Positions 23,117-32,000 of a stretch of 32,000 nucleotides of DNA are shown here, one piece after another. The notes below the pieces were generated by a model that did not search any database, had not been told where the DNA came from, and saw only the letters and a list, made by a program, of their open reading frames with translations. The position numbers and the translations under genes are program-made. Within the stretch, counting starts at the first letter, position 1. Every line of letters starts with the position of its first letter. Source of the DNA: Zygophlyctis sp. KS116 (Eukaryota; Fungi; Chytridiomycota). The stretch is from NCBI GenBank assembly GCA_054661495.1, contig BAAFSQ010000048.1:1-32000 (forward strand), read 5' to 3'.

Positions 23117-23590
23117 CTATTTACATCCCTTCTTATTACATTTTCCATCCTTTTCAAATCTAGGACAAGAAAAAACATGTAAAGAATTACATTTTGATCC
23201 TAGAGAACAGAATCCTGAATCTGCAAAATTACTACAAATTTTAGCATCAATATCATGCTTTATATGTAAAAATTTACAAACTGATCTATTACAATTGCCT
23301 TTTTCATAAAAGGTACAATTAGGAGTAATAAATGTGTTTGGAGAATGATTTAAATTACATTCTTCATGACAATCTTGTCCTAATAGGTATTTAGGACATG
23401 GAGAGATTCTATTTGGATCATGAATAAATCTACAGTTTCCTTTACATTTTCCAAATCTAAAAAATTGACAGTGTTTTTTAGATTTTTTGAGAATTAAATT
23501 GCTAGATTTTGGTTTTTTTAGACCTTTTTTTACAAGAGAATTACCAATTTTTGAGTATAAAACTCCAGATTTATCTTTTAAGAGAGTGGT
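23117..23590 (-). pseudogene. Tandem CCCH zinc-finger fragment (ZC3H3-like), no start codon
   Basis: HCQFFRFGKCKGNCRFIHDPNRISPCPKYLLGQDCHEECNLNH...CTFYEKGNCNRSVCKFLH...CSNFADSGFCSLGSKCNSLH..CPRFEKDGKCNKKGCK*. There is an upstream in-frame stop with no ATG, and the fifth finger lacks its His. Confidence 0.75.
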
Positions 23591-23649
23591 GAGACAGACT
23601 GGGGCTTAATTTCAATTAGAATGAAAGTATAAGAAAACAATGTAACCAA

Positions 23650-24390
23650 TCAAAGACTTTTACGTGCTGCTCTTCGCTGCTTCTTAGCTTGCGTTTCTGT
23701 TTCTTTATTAGCCTGCTGCAGGTGGTCTAGAAGTTTCTGTAATATGTCAAACAGGTGGTCGACTACACTGGTCTTCTCATAGCTCCGGTTGATTGCTTGG
23801 TGGAAGTTTGTTTCCAACCTTTCCGGTACTAGTTTTAAATCATTGAACAGTTTTAATAATTCTGCGTCATAAAGTTTTATCTGGTCGACCAAGGTGTCGT
23901 AGATTTGGGTTTCCACTTCACGACGTCGTCTCCCATCCAAATCGGACAATGACTTTAACTCGTGCTCTTTTCTTAACAATGAACTCTCCAACAGTTCTAT
24001 TTTTCTCTCACACTGGGTCACTTGCTCTTTAAGTACAGGCAGCTTTTGCGCTTCAGCACGGACACTATAGAGTTCAAAATTCGATCCAAGTAGACGGGAA
24101 TTAAAATAAGTGGCCCTTCCATCGGCATCCTCTATTTCCTGGAGATAATTACGAGATACAATAACTGAATCCACAAAGCCAAGTTCGTCCAACAAATTTC
24201 CAATTTCTAAAACCTAGAAGGTAATCAAAAACCAATAATTCCTTACATTTTCAGGATTCTCTCTTTCTTCTTCTATAACTTCGTCCACAGTGTAATTTCC
24301 CTGTCCATCATGTCTCCTTTTTCTGTGTTGATAAAATGAGTTTTTGACTTTAAACTTCTCGGGACATAGCGAGCACTTGAACATTATCAT
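23650..24390 (-). CDS. C2H2 zinc-finger + coiled-coil protein of unknown family (~235 aa)
   Basis: Exon 1 MIMFKCSLCPEKFKVKNSFYQHRKRRH (C-x2-C-x12-H-x4-H); intron 24214-24246 joins it in frame to ORF 23650-24195; basic C-terminal tail. Confidence 0.75.
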
Positions 24391-24449
24391 TTTTTATTTG
24401 AACAAATTAAAACGGAGCGGAGCCAAGCATCAAATGCCCTAGCCACTTG

Positions 24450-24622
24450 GACAGAAGTGACAGAATGTGACAAAAATGACAGAAGTGACAGAATGTGACA
24501 AAAATGACAGAAGTGACAGAATGTGACAAAAATGACAAAAATGACAGAAGTGACAGAATGTGACAGAAGTGACAAAAATGACAGAAGTGACAGAATGTGA
24601 CAGAATGTGACAGAATGTGACA
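24450..24622. repeat. Minisatellite of ~18 TGACA-core units (9-10 bp) with a 28-bp higher-order unit
   Basis: gtgacagaat/gtgacaaaaa/tgacagaa units read directly from the sequence. Confidence 0.95.
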
Positions 24623-24680
24623 AATGTATTAAATGCGCTGCAATCGATCATACATTTATAAAATACTTTCCAAAACTCTT

Positions 24681-24830
24681 TTATTGACTACTAAAATTAA
24701 GTACATCCACCAACACTGAATTTGACAAATTGTTAAATAATGATTGTAATTTAGAGTCTTTAATATAATAGTAGAAATTTTTATACATATCCAACCTTGC
24801 TTCGTTACTCCATGATTTTGCTTCAATATA
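24681..24830 (-). pseudogene. Orphan 3' end of an unidentified gene
   Basis: Open frame YIEAKSWSNEARLDMYKNFYYYIKDSKLQSLFNNLSNSVLVDVLNFSSQ* abutting the allantoicase fragment. Confidence 0.35.
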
Positions 24831-25160
24831 TAGTGGAAGAGTGACTCATCTAAAGGTTAATATGCATCCAGATGGAGGTATTGCAAGGTATGTATAACTT
24901 GACTTATTCAAGGTTGCGAGTTTTTGGAAGTGTGCAAAAAGATTGGACAAAAGTTTCAAATGCAGATATTTTGGATCTTGCGTGTTTAGAAAATGGAGGA
25001 AGAGCTATTTCTTGTTCAAATGCTCATTATGGTCAACCTATGAATCTTCTTTCTAGAGATACTTCTAAAGGTACGCTATAAAGTTTTAAAAATGAAGGAA
25101 TGTTTGATGGATGGGAGACTGCGAGAAATATTAACCGTCCAAAATCATATGAATATGGGA
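24829..25160 (+). pseudogene. DAL2: Allantoicase (Dal2) internal fragment
   Basis: VTHLKVNMHPDGGIAR/LRVFG...DLACLENGGRAISCSNAHYGQPMNLL...GMFDGWETAR, with introns 24888-24912 and 25071-25097; both ends missing. Confidence 0.85.
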
Positions 25161-25519
25161 TTAAATTCCACGACTAAAATTGGATCCAAGATTTGAATTT
25201 CTTGAGACTCGTATAAATCTTTCTTATCAACCACCAATTCTTCTTTTGACTGTATTGTATCTGGCTCTAAATCATACCCCTTTAAATTCCTTATTGGAGA
25301 CTCTAATTTCCTCCCAACCATACATACTTTTAATTCAGGCACAGGAGATCTATCCCTTTCCTTTTGAATACTATTGTCTTCTCTAGTTTTTTTAGCAATT
25401 GTATTTCTTTTAATTTTGTAAATGAATTCATTGACTGATACTTTTTCTTTTCCTTTTAGACTAGAGACTTTAGGAACCTTGATCTTGTTAATTTTAGGAG
25501 CTTCTTCCTCTTCTAGCAA
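25161..25519 (-). pseudogene. Lys/Glu-rich coding-like fragment, unidentified, no ATG
   Basis: Open frame of ~120 codons with a stop shortly upstream; its 3' end runs into the allantoicase fragment. Confidence 0.4.
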
Positions 25520-25539
25520 TTTTTTAAATTTAAAAAATT

Positions 25540-27678
25540 ATGAGAGATTACCATAATTTAGTTTATTATGCTATACAAGCAAAGAATCATAATATTCATG
25601 AGGTGTCAAGTGAATATGGACTAGAGTTTATGCATAGAATTGGAGAATTGGATGATTATTATTTAGTTTCTGCTCCAAAATCTGGTTTTAATTCTTTAAA
25701 GAGGAGAAGTTTATTATTGGATGATAGAGTTTTATGGATGGAAGAACAAATTCCTCAAAAGAGATTATTTAAAAGAGTTGGTAAACAGACTATACAAAGC
25801 TCTATACTAAATAGAGAAATTCCCGGACCAGAGACAATAATTGAAAAATTGGGAATAAAGGATCCTGGGTTTCCAAATCAGTTTCATTTATATAATAGAG
25901 ATGAAAAAGGTCATGATTTGAATCTGACGGGAGTTTGGTTTCAAGGAATTACAGGGAAAAATGTTACTATAACGCTCTTGGATGATGGTGTAGACTATGA
26001 ACATCCAGATATTAAAGATAATTTCTTTGCTCAAGGTTCTTGGGATTTTAATTTACATACTAATCTTCCAAAACCTCTATTATGGGATGATTATCATGGA
26101 ACTAGGTGTGCTGGAGAAGTTTCAGCAGTAAAGAATGATATTTGTGGGATTGGGATTGCTTATGAGTCAAAAGTTGGGGGTATTAGAATTCTATCAGGGT
26201 CTTTAACAATTGCAGATGAAGCGGCTGCAATTACGTACATGTATCATAAGAATCATATCTTTTCGTGTTCATGGGGTCCTAGGGATGATGGTGCGACAAT
26301 GGATAAACCTCCTAAATTAGCAGCAGAAGCATTTAAAAAAGGAATTAGTTCTGGTAGAGATGGGCTTGGAACTTTATATGTTTTTGCTGCTGGAAATGGT
26401 GGAATGCAGGGTGATAATTGGTAGCAATTTCAATTTTTTTTTTAATTTTTTTTAGTAATTTTGATGGTTATACAAATAGTATTTATACAATAACAATTGG
26501 AGCTATAGAAAAAGATAATAGTCATCCTAGTTATTCTGAACAATGTTCTGCTACATTGTCTGTAACTTATAGTGGTCATGCTGGAAGTGGAATGTCTGGG
26601 ATTGTAAATTAATTTTTATTTTACTTAATAGTATACAACAGATGTACATGGTAAATGTACTAGTGCCCATGGAGGAACGTCTGCTGCGGCTCCTATGGCT
26701 AGTGGAGTTTTGGCGCTTGTTTTATCTATAAGGTATCTATAAATCTTTTAAAAAAAGACCTGATCTTACATGGAGAGACGCACAAGCATTGATTGTTCAA
26801 ACATCTGTACCAGTTAATGTGGATGATCCAGACTGGCAGACAGTTGGTAAAGGAAGGAAATTTAATCATAAATATGGCTACGGAAAATTGGATGGATATA
26901 GAATTGTAGAAGCTGCAAAAACATTTCAAAGCTTAAAAATGCACACATCCTTATCTTCAACATCTATTCTAGTAGAAAAAGTAATACCTGAAGATTTATT
27001 TGGACTAAACAGTACATTTGAGGTTACTGCATCTGATCTTGAAAAATATGATTTGAAAACACTGGAACATGTAACCGTGTCTCTTAATGCCAAACATGCT
27101 CGACGTGGAGACATTAGTTTAACTCTTATATCTCCTAATGGATATAAATCAGAACTTTTAACAGTAAGATCCATGGATATGAGCACAGGTGGTTTTGAAG
27201 ACTGGACTACAATGTCTGTCAAGCATTGGTACTTTTATATTTTAATATTAGGGATGAAAATCCATTAGGAATCTGGACACTTAACCTCAAAGATTCCCAA
27301 TCAAACTCAAACACTGGAAAATGGAATCATTGGAATATTACTTTTTGGGGAGGAAGTAGTCGTCCAAACGTCATTTTAAATCCTCATAACAGGTCTGCAG
27401 TTAATATTATAAAGAATTCAACCAGTAACTCCTCAACTGTACCCGTCCAACCAGGAATTATTATCGAAACATCCTATTTTAGCATTATATTTGGATTTTT
27501 TTGTCTTGTTATGGTTGTTTTTGGAATTGGATCTGCAACAACTTTTTGGAAGAGAATCACTAGAAACAAGAATAGATCTAATATAGCTGATGCTGACAGA
27601 TATATTCCTATAGAAGATGAATTAGACGATGCATTTTTAGAAGCTCAGTTGAGGGAAGTATTGGATGAAGAGTTGTAA
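25540..27678 (+). CDS. KEX2: Kexin/furin-type proprotein convertase (S8B)
   Basis: Prodomain ending LFKR; catalytic DDG, HGTRCAGE, AAGNGG and GGTSAAAP; P-domain (LEHVTV...RRGD); TM and acidic tail; four short introns. No signal peptide is visible. Confidence 0.92.
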
Positions 27679-27832
27679 TCTATTTTAGGATTGGAAATCT
27701 GGAATAATTTAATTGTCAATTCAATCTTGTAAATAATAGTCACAATAAATCATTGGAATTTTCTGAGTTATAACAAGAAGACTAGAGCTTTTTGCAGAGT
27801 CCGAAGCGCCGTCGACGCGAAAAAGTAAAAAA

Positions 27833-29111
27833 ATGGACGAAAACTCTATACCAAAAGTAAGGATTATTGACTAATTCTAGATTCCAAATTTAGATCTAGC
27901 TCAGCTTCTATTTTTAGCTAAAAACGGAACAGACTGCAAAAAACAGATTTTGGATTTGGTGCAAAAGGATGGTATGAAATTCAACTAAGTGTTAGAAATG
28001 GCTCCGTTTTACTCGTTTGCCTGTTCGCTGTTAAAATGGACTCTGGACGCTAAATTTCTCAAGGGACTGGAAGATGCGAATTCGTTGGAATTGAAGAAAT
28101 TGAATGAAAAGATTCTTGATGCAGAAACTAATTTGGGAGAAACTGATGTTTCTAATGCATTAATAGAAAAGGCTCAATATTTGGCTAGAATAGGAGACAA
28201 GGAAAAGGCATTGTCGGCATATCGAGTTGCGTTTGATAAGACTGGTCCATTAGGAGCGAGAATTGATATTGTTTTTGCAATCTTGAGAATTGGATTCTTT
28301 TTTGATGATGATGATTTGGTATTTAGGAATATTGACAAGGCAAAGTCGTAAGTTTACTAAAATTTAAAAATAAATTAGGTTGATTGAAGAAGGTGGGGAT
28401 TGAGATAGAAGAAATCGGTTAAAGGTTTATCAAGGAACTTACTTGATGTCTATTAGAAACTTTTCAGAGGCTTCACAATTGTTTTTAGAGACTTTGGCGA
28501 CTTTTACTTGTACAGAGTTATATGATTATAAGCGATTTGTTTTATATACTACAATTTGTGCAGCGATTACTTTAAATCGTCCGGATTTTAAGCAAAAGGT
28601 ATTTCAAGTTTAATGTTTACAAGATAGGTGATTAACGCGCCAGAAGTTTTAGAGGTTATTCACCAAGTTCCTCATTTAGCAGATTATGCAAACTCTTTTT
28701 ACAACTGTCAATATGACAAGTTTTTTATAGCTTTGGGTATTCTTTAAATTTTTTTAAAGATAATTAGCGGCTTTGGAGACTAGCTTAAAGTCTGATCGGT
28801 ATCTGTTTCCTCATTACAAGTTTTATGTACGGGAAATGAGAATTACGATTTATAATCAATTATTACACTCTTATCAAAGTTTGACTATAGAATCTATGGC
28901 AAAATCATTTGGAGTTTCTGAAGATTGGATAGATGGAGACTTGTCTAAATTTATTTCTCTTGGTCGTGTGAATGCGGTGATTGATAAAGTTGGTGGAGTT
29001 ATTGAAACAAATCGTCCAGATGCAAAGAATGCTCAATATCAGAGTGTTATAAAGCAAGGAGATGTTTTATTAAACAGAATTCAAAAGCTCTCTAGAGTCA
29101 TCAATGTATAA
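27833..29111 (+). CDS. RPN7: 26S proteasome lid subunit Rpn7/PSMD6, with in-frame TGA at 28401-28403
   Basis: [80 protein letters not shown]. Confidence 0.93.
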
Positions 29112-29124
29112 ATCTTATTGATGA

Positions 29125-31055
29125 TTAAAATTCAATTCCTTTGAGACCGGCTTTTTCCAAAACTTTTTGAAACTCTTTTTTGACTTTTTCTTTTGCATTT
29201 GCAATTTCAGATTGTTCAAAGAGAGCTAATCTCTGATTTATTCTTTGATTCATTTCCTTGAGTTCATTCTTGTGTTCTAATTCGCGCTGTTTTTGCGCTA
29301 AAATCATTATATTTCAATATTTTTACCTTTTTTGAGTCTTTGAAGACTATCATTGTGTCTTTCTGATGTTTGTTTATCGTGAAGGTAGAGTTTTGCTCTC
29401 AATTTGGCGGCGACATCCTTTCAATAAACGGAATATTTGTACCTTTGATTGTTGTTTTTTAAGTGCTATTTCTTCCTCATCTTGTTTTATCTTTTCTTTT
29501 AATGCCTCTTCATGTGCTTTGCGATGTTCTACACAAAGTTTCCAGGCCTTTGTTTCATGGGGCTGCTATATGATCAGATTAATATATTTATTACCTCAAC
29601 CATCATAGATGGTGGGATTATTGCCTGGTAGTATGGAATTCTATTGGATTTTTGCTTATTTATCTCTTCCTTTTCTGAAAGAAGAATCTCTTTAACCTTT
29701 TTCATCTTTAAGGCCTGTCCCTCTTCCTGATGCTTCTGAACCTTTTTAAAGGGCAGTGGAACTGTGGGAGTTCTAGAAGATTTCTTTTTTTCCAATTTAG
29801 AACTAAATTCATTATGCAACTTTTTGTAATCTGGAACAACTTTTGAGATGACTGGTTGGAAAGTATGTTCAGCTGTTAATCCAGCACGCCTCTCATTCTC
29901 TACTAGCCTCGCTCTCCTCCTCCTTCCTTCATTTCCTGCATCTATAATCGTGGGAGAGGTAATTTTTCCCGCCTTAAGCTTCAAATCTTCTTTTTGAATA
30001 TCATAAAGAGTATCTTGAACAGTATTGCTCATTGTTGTCTTCTGTTTAATTCAATTTTAAACATACCTGAATTTTAGTCCGCTTGATTTCTGTAGCTTTC
30101 TGTCTTATTTCTGTAGCCTTATTGCATTTTGTGCTCATAATCGCTTTATACTTTGGAATCAGTGAAGATACTGGAATAGGATTCGCTTTGAAGTTCTTGT
30201 TTAATTCAATTAATAGCTCTGCTTCTCTTTTAGCAATATCCTGTTAATATTACAAAATTCCAATTTGCACCTTTTCTAATTTTTGCTTTACGATAGATTT
30301 CTTGGCATTATTACAAAGTTTCCATTCTTTTTTCTTCTTTTTACCATATTTCAAGAGCTTTGTATCTGTAGCTTTCCAAAACTTTACATTAATCAATTAT
30401 AAATTACTGAAGGATACTCTGGAAAGTAATCTTGAACTTGATATTCGTTACCCCATCTGCCTTGCATACTCTCCAAATCGTCAGAAACCATCATTTGCCT
30501 TAGATTATTGAAAAAATCTTTGGATATATTAGGATCTTGTAATGCATATTCATGGTCGCTTGAACTTCTTAAAGCACCCCACATATCGTTTAAGTTCATT
30601 TGATTTTTATCCAATGGTATCGTCCATGGAACATCAGTCCAGCCATAATATCTAGATGCCAGCTTTCTAGATTTTATTCTTAATTCTATTTCTAGTCTAT
30701 GCTGTAGTTGATTAGCTCGTTCTTCAAGCGCTTGTTTTTCTGCATCAAACGTTAACGCCTGATAATAAAATGTTGGATCGCTGAATTCTGCAGCCTGTTG
30801 CAATAAGCTGATTGGAGTTAACTGCATTTCTTCAATTTCATCCGAGTCTTCAATTTCATAATGTTTACTAGCTCCCTGACTTGGATATGAATGCTCTTGA
30901 CTTATGTCCGAATCTTCTTGTTCGGGACAATCTTTTGGAATTGAGTTCCTAGATCCAATAATCATTAAGCCATCATTATCTACAGATTTAATTTTGATGG
31001 GTTTATAGGTGGATTTTTTATGCATTCTATTAAACTTATCAGCCATGGACATCAT
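29125..31055 (-). CDS. FAM161-like centriole/cilium microtubule-binding protein, multi-exon
   Basis: FKANPIP, VPDYKKLHNEF and PTVPLPF motifs plus coiled coils; short introns give a continuous frame. Confidence 0.7.
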
Positions 31056-31102
31056 CCGGATATTTAAAGGGAATATTTCCGATCAACTTATTTATTCAGT
31101 GA

Positions 31103-32000
31103 TTACATTCTTTGATACGAATTAGCTTTTGAGCTCCTCTGAATCAATAGTCTTCCTGGCTCATACATGAGATCAATGATGGCTGCATCATTAATGATTT
31201 CTTCTTCTTCCTCTTCAAAAATATTACTTTGAGGAGTTGATTTACGGCTATTATCTTTTTTGGATGATTCAGATTGATCACGGCCTGCATTTCGAGTGGT
31301 TGGGGACTTTTTCTTGTTTTCTTTTGGAGGTTCTTTATAATGTGATGATGCGGATAATGACTGCTTTCGAACATCTACAGTATTCCAGGCACGGTTATAA
31401 TCTCCCCGTACCAAAGTGCATGGTGCTAATCCAACTCGATCACATATGGCCTTGAATAATAAGGAACGATGATAGAAAGTCCCTTGAGTAATTTTCCCAA
31501 TTGGGATAACATTTGATTTAAGCAACACTTTATGTTCATAAATTTGAAATTTGAATGAAAAATCATTTGCTTTTCCTTCTATAAGTGAGCCTCCCATATA
31601 CTTTGCTACAGTTTGAGCAATTTGACGGAGCTGACCAACTGCATTTTTTAAATGTAAATTTTCTGTAGCTTCGTTGAATACAGTTTGAAGAGATTGGTCG
31701 TTTTCCCAGTCGATTAGAATTACTTCTCGTTTTTTATCAGGCGGGTTAGTTTGAAGCTCTGCCAAAGGAGGAAAATTACTAGTTATTCCATTATTTGGCC
31801 CTGATGATCCAATATCGTAAAATCCACTCTTAATTATATCGTCGGATGAAAGTTCATTTTTAAGCCAATATTTTGCAGGTAAATCTATAATGTAAATGAA
31901 ATTCATAATTTTTACGATAGTTGAGAAGTTTTTCAGCCGCATCAGCTGCAAAGTTTGAAGCGTTTTTAATAGGATCCTTGATCAATGTGACCAGAGACTC
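31103..32000 (-). CDS. ARMC3-like protein, C-terminal EDR1-type domain (5' part outside window)
   Basis: KLLNYH/LPAKYWL, GFYDIG, SNVIPIGKITQGTFYHRSLLFKAICDRVG, LVRGDYNRAWN, IIDLMYEPGRL. Confidence 0.75.

Noticed and set aside
23095-23120. Helitron 3' end (hairpin + CTAG)
   Set aside because: CTAG is present but the stem is only ~4-5 bp and is not a GC-rich hairpin upstream of the terminus.
24450-24622. CRISPR array or telomeric repeat
   Set aside because: No unique spacers and no cas genes in a eukaryotic context; the units are not G-rich telomere-like and are internal.
24387-24651. ORFs 24387-24623 and 24439-24651
   Set aside because: They are translations of the minisatellite.
28401-28403. 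Genome-wide UGA=Trp reassignment
   Set aside because: The many other conserved Trp residues in the window use TGG, and TGA appears to end YTH1, the LRR gene and the GET2-like gene. An AT-rich recoded genome should show many in-frame TGAs.
28401-28403. Selenocysteine in RPN7
   Set aside because: The position is a conserved Trp, not Cys.
4205-31455. Numerous short antisense/overlapping ORFs in the track (e.g. 5389-5688, 17469-17759, 26926-27222, 29366-29608)
   Set aside because: Shadow frames of real genes with no recognisable motifs.
1-32000. Prokaryotic, organellar or microsporidian origin
   Set aside because: Spliceosomal introns and eukaryotic genes exclude the first two; flagellar genes and a probable mitoribosomal gene argue against microsporidia.

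Overview
AT-rich, extremely compact eukaryotic nuclear DNA. It most likely comes from a zoosporic (chytrid-like) fungus. This is inferred from fungal-type Vam7, Pmr1, Yth1, Kex2 and Cdc4 genes sitting together with flagellar/centriolar genes (WDR63/DNAI3, FAM161, ARMC3). About 20 apparently intact genes are split by tiny GT-AG introns (all those I measured are 23-33 nt), and many genes are separated by only 13-90 bp. The ORF track therefore fragments or misses many of them. Notable points: (1) a 3.6-kb mosaic of intron-containing gene fragments (ankyrin, LST8, ZC3H3-like, allantoicase, two unknowns) surrounding an intact C2H2/coiled-coil gene and an ~18-copy TGACA array; (2) an in-frame TGA at an invariant Trp of RPN7; (3) a family of secreted 8-Cys domains with a conserved intron position; (4) a plant-type LRR receptor-like gene in a collapsed tandem duplication with a fold-back junction; (5) two long co-oriented gene runs diverging from 14.4-15.7 kb. 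All gene models and family calls were made by eye from motif recall; no searches were run.
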